Assembly: GCA_036397755.1 (NCBI GenBank)
Contig: DASWII010000066.1
Coordinates: 6,915-70,914 of the forward strand
Direction: 5' to 3'
Source of the DNA: Gemmatimonadales bacterium
Lineage (GTDB): Bacteria; Gemmatimonadota; Gemmatimonadetes; Gemmatimonadales; GWC2-71-9
DNA length: 64,000 bases
Positions 10,618 through 19,159 of this stretch are shown here, in pieces. Below the pieces are notes generated by a model. The model was not told the origin of the DNA. It saw nothing but the letters and a program-made list of their open reading frames with translations, and searched no databases. How positions within the stretch are numbered: the first letter of the stretch is position 1; the number at the start of each line of letters is the position of its first letter. A program made the position numbers and the translations under genes.

Positions 10618-10890
10618 GAGCGTCCGCCTCTTGAGAAGAGCTGGTTCGGCCTGATACGCGGGCTGGCGATCCGCACCCTCGCGCGCCCGATGCTCGCGTG
10701 GGATCTACTGACAACGCTCTGGGCATTTCGCGCGCGCGATTGGTACCGCCGGGCTCCGTTTCTCCCGTTGCCTCCCGCCGAGTACATGCGGTGGAGAATG
10801 TACACCGCGTATGGGCGAGAGGATGCCGTACCTCCCGTCGACGACGTGGTTCGCTTCGCGCGGTGGCGTCGGTCCATTCTGCGCCGGTGA
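10600..10890 (+). CDS. hypothetical protein (96 aa)
   Basis: ORF-track ORF. Its stop forms a GTGA overlap with the queG start at 10887. It is Arg/Trp-rich and no motif was recognised. Confidence 0.4.
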   Translation: MDRPMHERPPLEKSWFGLIRGLAIRTLARPMLAWDLLTTLWAFRARDWYRRAPFLPLPPAEYMRWRMYTAYGREDAVPPVDDVVRFARWRRSILRR

Positions 10891-11837
10891 ACCCGGCAGA
10901 GCACGCCGCTCGTGTCAAATCACGCGCGCGCGATTTGGGGTTCGATCAGGTCGGTATTACCGACCTCTCCGACCCACCACACGCGCTCGCGCTGCGGCGA
11001 TGGCTCGACCAGGGCATGGCGGGCACCATGTCTTATATGCACCGCCAGGCGGCTCTCCGCAGCGAGCCGTGGCGCATCGTGCCCCATGCCACTCGAGCCG
11101 TGGTCCTCTCGAAGGGCTACTACGTCGACGACCCTCCCGCCAGGCCTGGCTGCGGGCGTGTCGCCAAGTACGCACGGGGAAGAGACTACCACTCGGCGCT
11201 TGCCGGCTCGCTCGAGAAACTCGCGACGTACATCCGGGAGCTCGGAACGGTGGACACGGTGACACGATGCTTCGTGGACGCCGGCCCCGTCCCCGAACGC
11301 GAACTCGCTCAGCGGGCAGGCCTGGGCTGGATCGGGAAGAACACAATGTTGATCTCCCCTGGACGAGGTTCCTACACATTCCTCGCCGCGATCATGACGG
11401 ATCTGCAGCTCGCGGTCGATCCACCGTTCGAGGCCGATCGCTGCGGAACGTGCCGTCGATGCCTCGACGCCTGTCCGACCGGCGCGTTCCCCGAACCGCG
11501 CGTACTCGATGCGCGCCGATGCCTCTCATATCTCACCATCGAGAACCACGGCTCGCTTGATCCCGCACTGGCCCAGCTCATGGACGAGTGGGTCTTCGGC
11601 TGCGATGTTTGCCAGGAGGTCTGTCCCTGGAACGTTCGCTTCGCCACCGAGTCCAGTTCGACCTCCCCCCTGGAGCAGTCACAGGAGTTCGCGTGGCTCG
11701 AACTCGATGTGCTCTCCATCATAACCGACGAGGAATTCAGGACGCGATTCAGAGGAACGGCACTCGAACGCGCTGGTGCAGGTGGCCTCCGGCGCAACGC
11801 TCAACTCGTACGTGAGAACCAGCGACCCCACGCCTGA
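10887..11837 (+). CDS. queG: tRNA epoxyqueuosine(34) reductase
   Basis: It has two 4Fe-4S ferredoxin motifs, CGTCRRCLDACPTGA and GCDVCQEVCPWN, and a QueG-like N-terminus VNPAEHAARVKSRARDLGFDQVGI. Confidence 0.85.
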   Translation: MNPAEHAARVKSRARDLGFDQVGITDLSDPPHALALRRWLDQGMAGTMSYMHRQAALRSEPWRIVPHATRAVVLSKGYYVDDPPARPGCGRVAKYARGRDYHSALAGSLEKLATYIRELGTVDTVTRCFVDAGPVPERELAQRAGLGWIGKNTMLISPGRGSYTFLAAIMTDLQLAVDPPFEADRCGTCRRCLDACPTGAFPEPRVLDARRCLSYLTIENHGSLDPALAQLMDEWVFGCDVCQEVCPWNVRFATESSSTSPLEQSQEFAWLELDVLSIITDEEFRTRFRGTALERAGAGGLRRNAQLVRENQRPHA

Positions 11838-12145
11838 TGTTTGACTCCCCCGATGCCGTCACGGACCCGGTCCTCCGATCGCGCCTGCAGGAGATTCAGG
11901 AACGGCTCGCTCGTGGCCTCGCGGCCGTGGACCCACACGGACGCCTTGAGGGCCGACCTGTGAAGTATCGAGTGATCGGCGGCCAGACGCTCGAGGTGAT
12001 CTTCCGAGAGGTCCCGAGCGTCGATGAGTCGGACGTGCTGGGGGTCAGGCGACTCATCGGTCACCAGAGTTTTTGCCGCGTGACACCTCAGAGCGCCGAG
12101 ACCCTCGAAGTGCGCTTCGTCGTACCGCTGACTACGGACGACTAG
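11837..12145 (+). CDS. hypothetical protein (102 aa)
   Basis: It forms a TGATG overlap with the queG stop. Its amino-acid composition looks coding. No motif recognised. Confidence 0.5.
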   Translation: MFDSPDAVTDPVLRSRLQEIQERLARGLAAVDPHGRLEGRPVKYRVIGGQTLEVIFREVPSVDESDVLGVRRLIGHQSFCRVTPQSAETLEVRFVVPLTTDD

Positions 12146-13292
12146 AGCCGCCGGCCGTACTCGGGCGGACGCGGTATCCCGACATGCTCCATCCCGTTTC
12201 TGGAAAATCGAGAGTGCTGAGGGAGTGGACGATGGCCGCGGCCCGATGGGTGGAATCCACCGCCACGAGTCCCGGGCGTTGCTGCATCGTCGACCGAAGC
12301 TCGGCGTCGCGCACGAGCCCGCTCGGCTCAATCACCGCGCACACAAACCCGCCATGGTTGCGCGGCTCGTCCATGTTGAAGGGGCCGTACGTCAGCAGGT
12401 TGCCAAGGGAGTACGCGATCAGTCGTCCGTTCCACCACTCGCCGGCCCGAAGCACGTGTGGCCCGTGCCCGACAATCATGGCCGCACCGGCTTCGGCTGC
12501 TGTGCGCGCAAAGGCTACTGGATTGCCGCGGTCCTCCCCGAGGAACATCTCGGTGGTGTCGCGCGTCCGTTGCGCGGAGGCACCCTCTGCACCCATATGC
12601 ATCGTGACGACGACTCGGCCAAATCGCTCTACAGCCCGCCGCACGTGGCGTCGAACCGCGTCGAGGTCTCTGGGATCCGGTCCGGCCTGCGCGGTCGCGA
12701 AACCGAGAAATCCAATCGTGTCGCCCCCCACCGCCACCGGCGTGGCAAGCGTGTCGGCGCCTGTGACCCGTACGCCAGCCGACTCCAGGAGTCGACCCGT
12801 CTCGGCGAACCCCGCCTCACCCGCATCCATCGCGTGGTTGTTGGCCACATTGCCGACGACACGGCTGTTGACCGTGAACCTCGCGATGGCCGCCGCGCGG
12901 TCAGGAGGCTGCCGGAACGCGTAGCAGAACCTCGACCCGGCGCGGCACTTCGGTGGCACTGGACCCTCACCGATCGCGCCCTCCACGTTGACGAGCACGA
13001 TGTCCGCGTCCGCCACGAGTGGCAGGAGGGGCGCCACCAGCTCAGCGGCATCCGGCAGGGCAGGCACATCGCGACCGATGCGCTGGGCGGTCTCGAAGGT
13101 CCATGTCGTGTCCAGGTCGGACCCAAGCATCAGGTCGCCGCCTCCGCAAACACGTAACGCCCGGGAGTCCGCGGAGTTCGTTGGCAACGATCCCTCGGTC
13201 TGCGCAGCCAGGCGCCCGGCACACGTGAGTGCGACAAAGCTGCCGATCGACAGCCAGAAACTCGGTCCGTGCCGTGCCTGACGTGGCGTCAT
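12132..13292 (-). CDS. CapA family protein (poly-gamma-glutamate/capsule synthesis-type metallophosphatase), secreted
   Basis: Family motifs are NVANNHAMDAG, VVVTMHMGAEG and IVGHGPHVLR..AYSLGN. The signal-like N-terminus is MTPRQARHGPSFWLSIGSFVALTCAGRLAAQ. Confidence 0.8.
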   Translation of the reverse strand: MTPRQARHGPSFWLSIGSFVALTCAGRLAAQTEGSLPTNSADSRALRVCGGGDLMLGSDLDTTWTFETAQRIGRDVPALPDAAELVAPLLPLVADADIVLVNVEGAIGEGPVPPKCRAGSRFCYAFRQPPDRAAAIARFTVNSRVVGNVANNHAMDAGEAGFAETGRLLESAGVRVTGADTLATPVAVGGDTIGFLGFATAQAGPDPRDLDAVRRHVRRAVERFGRVVVTMHMGAEGASAQRTRDTTEMFLGEDRGNPVAFARTAAEAGAAMIVGHGPHVLRAGEWWNGRLIAYSLGNLLTYGPFNMDEPRNHGGFVCAVIEPSGLVRDAELRSTMQQRPGLVAVDSTHRAAAIVHSLSTLDFPETGWSMSGYRVRPSTAGGSSRP

Positions 13293-14050
13293 TACAGCCC
13301 GGTCGGATGGTCTATGAACTCGCACGCGAGGCCGAATTGTGCTGCAACACGTTCACCGAGGGCGCGGACTCCGACCGTCTCGGTCGCATAGTGTCCGGCA
13401 TACACCACGTTCATCCCCCACTCCTCAGCATCGAAATGCGTGTGGTGGGCGCCTTCTCCGGTGACAAACGTGTCCACGCCCGCAGCGCGAGCCGCAGCGA
13501 TCATGTTGCCCGCTCCACCAGAGATCACCCCAACCCGGTTCGTCCGCGACGGCCCTGCGGCGATAACATGGGCATGCGTGTCAAGAGCGTTTTCCAGCTG
13601 GCCGACGAGCGTGCCGAGCTCGACCTGCACCGCGCCAACTACCCCAATGGTGACGCCTTCGAACTCGCCGAACCCCTCTAGTCCCTGGAGTCCCATCATC
13701 GCGGCGAGCAGCACGTTATTGCCGACCTCGGGATGCAGATCGAGCGGAAGGTGTGCCGAATACAGAGCCGTGCGCGACGCAAGGAGACGGCGCAAGCGTG
13801 CCGCGTGCCGGCCCGTCACCGGTTCGAGGCCAGCCCAAAAGAGCCCGTGGTGCACGATCAGCAGCTCGGCACCGATTTCAACCGCACGGTTAATCGTGGC
13901 CTGGCATGCGTCGACCGCGGTAGCAACACGCGTGACAGCCTTGCGTCCCTCGACTTGCAGCCCATTGAGCGCGTTGGGGTAGTCGGGGATCTTGTGGATA
14001 CTCAGATAGGAATCGAGAAAACTTCGGACTTCATCAGTGGAAGCAGGCAT
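13292..14050 (-). CDS. Nif3-like dinuclear metal centre protein (GTP cyclohydrolase 1 type 2 homologue)
   Basis: It has NGLQVEG..LLIVHHGLFW and a C-terminal HYATE motif. Confidence 0.85.
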   Translation of the reverse strand: MPASTDEVRSFLDSYLSIHKIPDYPNALNGLQVEGRKAVTRVATAVDACQATINRAVEIGAELLIVHHGLFWAGLEPVTGRHAARLRRLLASRTALYSAHLPLDLHPEVGNNVLLAAMMGLQGLEGFGEFEGVTIGVVGAVQVELGTLVGQLENALDTHAHVIAAGPSRTNRVGVISGGAGNMIAAARAAGVDTFVTGEGAHHTHFDAEEWGMNVVYAGHYATETVGVRALGERVAAQFGLACEFIDHPTGL

Positions 14051-14074
14051 ACAGTCACGACACCGTTAATACAG

Positions 14075-14515
14075 TTACTGGATGGTGCTTCGACGCGTCC
14101 CGGCGTTGTCCGGATCTCCGGAGGCTACTGGCGAGCCCAGTTCCATCGCGTTGACTTCACCCATGCGTACGTGTCCGTTCACTTCGCCGTCCTCCTGGAC
14201 CACGAGAGTCTTCGTGACGATGTCGCCGTGGACAGACGCTTGCTCCTGGATCTCCACACGGACCTCCGCGTAGATCGACCCTCGCACCGTTCCTCCCACG
14301 ATCGCCTCACGCGTGTAGATGTCCCCATCGACCGACCCGCCCTTCGCAATCAGCACCTGCTGGGCTGCTCGGATACTGCCGCTGATCGAACCTTCGATCT
14401 TCAACACGCCGTCGGTCGCCAGTTCACCGACGATCCGCATTCCCACACTCACGATCGAGAGACCACCGTCGCGCGCGCCTTCGCGGCCGCGGTCACTTCC
14501 ACTGGCGAACGCCAT
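14075..14515 (-). CDS. bactofilin family polymer-forming cytoskeletal protein
   Basis: It shows the repetitive beta-helix pattern GELATDGVLKIEGSISGSIRAAQQVLIAKGGSVDGDIYTREAIVGGTVRGSIYAEVRVEIQEQASVHGDIV. Confidence 0.85.
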   Translation of the reverse strand: MAFASGSDRGREGARDGGLSIVSVGMRIVGELATDGVLKIEGSISGSIRAAQQVLIAKGGSVDGDIYTREAIVGGTVRGSIYAEVRVEIQEQASVHGDIVTKTLVVQEDGEVNGHVRMGEVNAMELGSPVASGDPDNAGTRRSTIQ

Positions 14516-14517
14516 TG

Positions 14518-15312
14518 TCAGAGCTCCTCCGGGATCATGTGTCGTGGGTCGATCGAAGCACCATCGCGAAACACCTCAAAGTGGAGGTGCGGCGCGGTCG
14601 ATCGCCCTGTCGACCCGGACAGCGCGATGACTTGACCGATCCTCACCGTCTCCCCTCGCTGCACCAGCAGCCGCGACGCGTGCCCGTACATCGTTTCCGT
14701 CGTTGGATTGTGTCGCAGCCGGACATACAAACCGTACTCCACATGACTCCTCGCGTCCACGACCACGCCGGCGCCCGCGGCGCGGATTGGCGTTCCAACC
14801 GGTACCGCCACGTCCATCCCACTGTGCGCGCCACCGCCTCGATCGGCATCCACCGGACCGCGCGTGACGACCCCCCCACCTTCAAGTGGCCACCGCAACG
14901 GACGCTCGCTCCAACTCCGCGTTCCCACTCGCTCCGACGGCAGGTCCGCCACAATTGGATACGCCACGGCCGGTGCAGCATCGAAGCGGGAGCGCGACGG
15001 GACCACGTCCCCGCCCAACATCTCGCGGAGTTGATCGTAGCTCCCTTCCACGGCTTCGAGCGTGGCCGCGAGCTCCCTAACCTGCGCGTTCTCCTGGCGC
15101 AGACGTTCGAGATCCCGGCTCAACCCTGGCACACGTGCCGCGGTGCGGGCGATCGGCGCGTACACAGTGCCCGCCACGACCACCAAGGCGAGAAAGACCG
15201 CGATTGCTGTGACACTGGCACGCGCAAGCCAGAGCGGCAGGCGCAACGAATGAGACTCCGGTTCCCCGTCTCGATGAAGCACGATGGTGATCGCGCGCCG
15301 TGGTCGACTCAT
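14518..15312 (-). CDS. membrane-anchored M23 family metallopeptidase (LmdC/Csd1-like architecture)
   Basis: It has one TM (ASVTAIAVFLALVVVAGTVYA) and a coiled-coil (ERLRQENAQVRELAATLEAVEG). The M23 motifs HSGMDVAVPVGTPI and STGRSTAPHLHFEV are present. Confidence 0.85.
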   Translation of the reverse strand: MSRPRRAITIVLHRDGEPESHSLRLPLWLARASVTAIAVFLALVVVAGTVYAPIARTAARVPGLSRDLERLRQENAQVRELAATLEAVEGSYDQLREMLGGDVVPSRSRFDAAPAVAYPIVADLPSERVGTRSWSERPLRWPLEGGGVVTRGPVDADRGGGAHSGMDVAVPVGTPIRAAGAGVVVDARSHVEYGLYVRLRHNPTTETMYGHASRLLVQRGETVRIGQVIALSGSTGRSTAPHLHFEVFRDGASIDPRHMIPEEL

Positions 15313-16184
15313 TCCTCGTACGGCTCACCAAGGATGATCTCCAGGATGCGGGCAAGATCGTCCTGCGAATAGAAGTTGATCGAGAGCCGGCCGCTGTCCT
15401 TGCCGCGCGCGGAGATCGAAATGTCCGTCTGCAGGCGCCGACGGAGTGCGTCCTCCAAGCGGCGGACTTCGGGCTTGGCGCGGCGCGGTCCGCGCTTGCC
15501 TCCCTTGCGGCCGGCGGTCTGCGCCATGCGCTCCGCGTCGCGAACTGACATCCCTTGCTCCACGACGATCCGTGCGGCCCGCAGCACTGCAGCGGAGGAG
15601 CCAAGGGCGAGCAGGGCCCGCGCGTGCCCCGCCGAAAGCGCGCCGTCGTGAATCAGGCTCTGGACTTCGTCCGGTAGCTTGAGAAGCCGCAGTGCGTTGG
15701 TCACCGTCGTGCGGTCGCGGCCCACGAGATCACCGACCTCACCCTGTGTCACGGCGAAGTCGTCGATGAGGCGCCGATAGCCTTTGGCTTCGTCGATAGG
15801 CGACAGGGCGTCGCGTTGGAGGTTCTCCACCAACGCAAGAGTCAGCATCGTGCGATCGTCGACGTCTCGGATGACCGCCCCGATACGCTCCCACCCCAGC
15901 TGCTGCGCTGCTCGCACTCGACGCTCACCCGCAATCAGCTCGTAGGTGTCGTCGTGGTCCGCGCGGACAACGACCGGTTGGAGTAATCCGTTCTCTCGGA
16001 GCGAAGTTGCCAAGTCCTGCAACGCCGTGGGGTCGAAGGCCTGGCGCGGCTGGTAGTGGTTTGGGCGAATCGCGTTGAGCGGCAGCTCCCGGAGTTGGCC
16101 GCTGTCGCGTGCCCTCTCCACGGTGGTCGCTGAACCGAGCAGTGCCTCCAACCCGCGCCCGAGCCGCCGTTTGTTTTCCGTCAT
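15309..16184 (-). CDS. parB: chromosome partitioning protein ParB
   Basis: It has RRLGRGLEALLG, the GERR box (LIAGERRVRAA) and an HTH region. Confidence 0.95.
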   Translation of the reverse strand: MTENKRRLGRGLEALLGSATTVERARDSGQLRELPLNAIRPNHYQPRQAFDPTALQDLATSLRENGLLQPVVVRADHDDTYELIAGERRVRAAQQLGWERIGAVIRDVDDRTMLTLALVENLQRDALSPIDEAKGYRRLIDDFAVTQGEVGDLVGRDRTTVTNALRLLKLPDEVQSLIHDGALSAGHARALLALGSSAAVLRAARIVVEQGMSVRDAERMAQTAGRKGGKRGPRRAKPEVRRLEDALRRRLQTDISISARGKDSGRLSINFYSQDDLARILEIILGEPYEE

Positions 16185-17002
16185 CAGCCCCTCGCGGCCC
16201 CGACGGCAGTCACTTGCGGGGAACCAAGGGTACCCGCCGCCGTGCGTCGGATCACCTCCTGGGCGAGACTCAGATAGCTCTGGGCTCCCACGGACTGCAC
16301 GTCGTACAAGAGAATGGGCTTTCCGAAGCTGGGGGCTTCCGCCAACCGCACGTTGCGCGGAATCACCGTGCGGTACACTTGATTGCCAAAGTACTCCTTC
16401 GCCTCGGCGGCCACCTGCTTCGAGAGATTGAGCCGACTATCGTACATCGTGAGCAGCACGCCATCGATCGCCAGCCCGGCATTACAGTTCTGCTGCACCA
16501 AGCGCACGGTATTGAGGAGCTTGGAAAGTCCCTCAAGTGCGTAGTACTCGCACTGGATTGGAATCAACAGCGCATCAGCCGCCGTCAACATGTTCAGGGT
16601 AATCAGACCCAGAGAGGGCGGGCAGTCGATCAGGACGAACTCGTACTGACCGGCGAGGGGCCCGAGCGCCTGCCGCAAGACAAACTCTCGCCGTGCGCGA
16701 CCCACCAGCTCGATCTCGGCGCCAACGAGGTCCTCCGTGGCCGGCACGACATCGAGGTGCGGGAAGTTGACGCCGCGCGCGAGAGCGGAGCTCAGGGGGA
16801 GTCCACCCACCAGCACATCATAGAGGGACACCCCCACATGGGATCGGTCCAGTCCGACCCCGCTCGTCGCATTTGCCTGCGGGTCCCCGTCCACCAGCAG
16901 CGTCGGCCGCTCAGCCGCGGCGAGCGAAGCAGCCAGATTGACCGCGGTCGTTGTCTTGCCAACGCCGCCCTTCTGGTTGGCAATCGCGATTATGCGTGTC
17001 AT
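16184..17002 (-). CDS. parA: chromosome partitioning ATPase ParA/Soj
   Basis: The deviant Walker A is IANQKGGVGKTTTAVNLA. The start at MTRIIAI (17002) was chosen. Confidence 0.95.
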   Translation of the reverse strand: MTRIIAIANQKGGVGKTTTAVNLAASLAAAERPTLLVDGDPQANATSGVGLDRSHVGVSLYDVLVGGLPLSSALARGVNFPHLDVVPATEDLVGAEIELVGRARREFVLRQALGPLAGQYEFVLIDCPPSLGLITLNMLTAADALLIPIQCEYYALEGLSKLLNTVRLVQQNCNAGLAIDGVLLTMYDSRLNLSKQVAAEAKEYFGNQVYRTVIPRNVRLAEAPSFGKPILLYDVQSVGAQSYLSLAQEVIRRTAAGTLGSPQVTAVGAARG

Positions 17003-17116
17003 ACTACCATAAATCGCTGTCAATCAATAGTTTAGCATATGCTACAACGCGACAATTTGACTCCATGGTCGTTGAGGGGCAAGAATATACCCCGGAGGGT
17101 GGGCCACCGCCACATC

Positions 17117-17132
17117 GGTTTCACGTGAAACA
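17117..17132. promoter_or_regulatory. parS centromere-like site 1 (GGTTTCACGTGAAACA)
   Basis: It matches 15/16 positions of the canonical palindromic parS TGTTTCACGTGAAACA. It lies in the spacer upstream of parA. Confidence 0.8.
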
Positions 17133-17179
17133 CCGTTCGCGCATTCTTGGATGCTGCGGGTCTGCCAGCGCCCCTGGAG

Positions 17180-17195
17180 TGTTTCACGTGAAACC
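17180..17195. promoter_or_regulatory. parS centromere-like site 2 (TGTTTCACGTGAAACC)
   Basis: It matches 15/16 positions of canonical parS. It lies 63 nt from site 1. Confidence 0.8.
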
Positions 17196-17220
17196 TCCGC
17201 GTTGCGCGCTGAGTCGAATG

Positions 17221-19092
17221 TCAGGCGGCTGAGCGTCCGCGCCTGATGACCTCGAGCACCAGGTTCTGCAAGTCGCTCGGCGATACACCCAGAATCCGCC
17301 CCGCTCTCGCCAGGGACTCGGGACGAACCGCATCGAGCTTGTGCCGTGCTTCCGTGCTCAGGCTCAGCAAGTCCAGGTATGGGAGGTCAGGCGGAAGTCT
17401 GAAATGCGCCAACTCGGTCATGCGTCCGGCCATGTCCCGCTCGCGAGCAAGATACCCCTCGTACTTGGCTTCGGTCTCCGCGGTCAGAAGCACTTCCGAA
17501 CTCCAATCGTCCTCGATGCCGGCTACCCGCAGAAGGTCCTGCAAACGAACTCCGGGTCGCTTCAGAAGCTCGCCGAGCCTCCGACGGCCTCGGGGCCCAA
17601 CGTGCCCGGCGTTTGATGCTGGCCCACTCACTTCCGACGTGCTCACCAACGCATCGCCGATCAAGTTCATCAGCCGGTCTTGCTCGGCGAGTCTCGTCTC
17701 GAGTGCTCGCTGCTCATCGGCCCGGAGCATACCCAGTTCTGACGCGAGCGGACCAAGACGGGGCAGGGCATTGTCCTGCCGCATCAACAAACGAAACTCC
17801 GCGCGCGACGTAAAGAGCCGATAGGGCTCATCTACGCCTTTCGTCACCAGGTCGTCAATTAGTACGCCGACGTAGGCGTCGTCTCTCCCAAGCACCACAG
17901 GTTCCCGGCCGGTGGCTACCCTTGCGGCGTTGAGCCCGGCCATCAGCCCCTGTGCAGCAGCCTCCTCGTACCCAGTGGATCCGTTGACCTGCCCGGCGAA
18001 GTACAACCTCCCCACGGCTCGAGACTCCAGCCATGGTGTGAGCTGGGTCGGCGGGTAATAGTCGTACTCGATGGCGTAACCCGGTCGCGTCATCCTCGCT
18101 CTTGAGAGTCCAGTAAGCGACTGCAACACTTCAACTTGCACTGATATTGGAAGCGATGTTGAGAGACCGTTAACGTACAGCTCGCTCGTGTCCAGCCCTT
18201 CCGGTTCCAGGAAGATCTGATGTTTGTCCGCGGTCGGGAACTTGACGATCTTGTCCTCGATGGACGGGCAATATCGCGGTCCTCGTGCAGCAATCTCGCC
18301 GCCATAAAGGGCCGACTCGTGCAGGTGCTGCTGTACGATTCCATGCAGTGCCGGACCTGACCAGGCAATCCAGCAGGGTCGCTGCTCGGGACGGGGGACG
18401 CGAACGTACGAGGAGAACCGGTAATCGGGCCATTCCCCGTCCTGCCGCGCGAGCAGCGAATAGTCGACCGTTCGTCCGTCAATCCTCGGGGGTGTCCCGG
18501 TCTTGAATCGCCGACATTCGACGCCGATCGCGTCAAGTTGAAGTGCAAGGGCAACCGCGGGTGGATCCCCGGCACGGCCAGCATCCACACGGGTTTGCGT
18601 CCCGATGTGAATGCGGCCGCGAAGAAACGTTCCGGCCGTCAGGACGACTGCCGTCGCCCTGTACTGCCTCCCATCCGTCGTCGTCACCCCGGTGACGGCG
18701 CCCCGCTCAAGCCGGAGTTCCGACACCATCCCCTGGACAGAATGAAGATTCGGCCAGTGCTCGAGGATCGACCGTGCGGCACGACGGTACAGTCCCCGGT
18801 CGCACTGGGCGCGCGGTGACCACACTGCTGGCCCTTTGGAGCGATTGAGCATCCGGAATTGAATCGTGGCGAGGTCGGTCGCTCGTCCCATCACCCCACC
18901 CATCGCGTCCACCTCACGCACCACCGTCCCCTTGGCGATTCCGCCGATCGCCGGATTGCACGACATCTGCCCGATGGTCTCGAGATTGGCGGTCACGAGC
19001 AGCGTCTGCGCGCCCGTCCGCGCGGCAGCGCATGCCGCTTCGATACCAGCGTGGCCGCCGCCGATCACGATGACATCGTACCGATCGAGCAT
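17221..19092 (-). CDS. mnmG: tRNA uridine-5-carboxymethylaminomethyl(34) synthesis enzyme MnmG (GidA)
   Basis: The N-terminus is MLDRYDVIVIGGGHAGIEAA, and GidA-like sequence runs throughout. The ORF-track N-extension was rejected. Confidence 0.95.
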   Translation of the reverse strand: MLDRYDVIVIGGGHAGIEAACAAARTGAQTLLVTANLETIGQMSCNPAIGGIAKGTVVREVDAMGGVMGRATDLATIQFRMLNRSKGPAVWSPRAQCDRGLYRRAARSILEHWPNLHSVQGMVSELRLERGAVTGVTTTDGRQYRATAVVLTAGTFLRGRIHIGTQTRVDAGRAGDPPAVALALQLDAIGVECRRFKTGTPPRIDGRTVDYSLLARQDGEWPDYRFSSYVRVPRPEQRPCWIAWSGPALHGIVQQHLHESALYGGEIAARGPRYCPSIEDKIVKFPTADKHQIFLEPEGLDTSELYVNGLSTSLPISVQVEVLQSLTGLSRARMTRPGYAIEYDYYPPTQLTPWLESRAVGRLYFAGQVNGSTGYEEAAAQGLMAGLNAARVATGREPVVLGRDDAYVGVLIDDLVTKGVDEPYRLFTSRAEFRLLMRQDNALPRLGPLASELGMLRADEQRALETRLAEQDRLMNLIGDALVSTSEVSGPASNAGHVGPRGRRRLGELLKRPGVRLQDLLRVAGIEDDWSSEVLLTAETEAKYEGYLARERDMAGRMTELAHFRLPPDLPYLDLLSLSTEARHKLDAVRPESLARAGRILGVSPSDLQNLVLEVIRRGRSAA

Positions 19093-19159
19093 GGCGCGGA
19101 AGATACTTGAGGTCCTGAAAAACGAAAAACGCGTGACGACCCGCGCCCTGGTCCTTACG

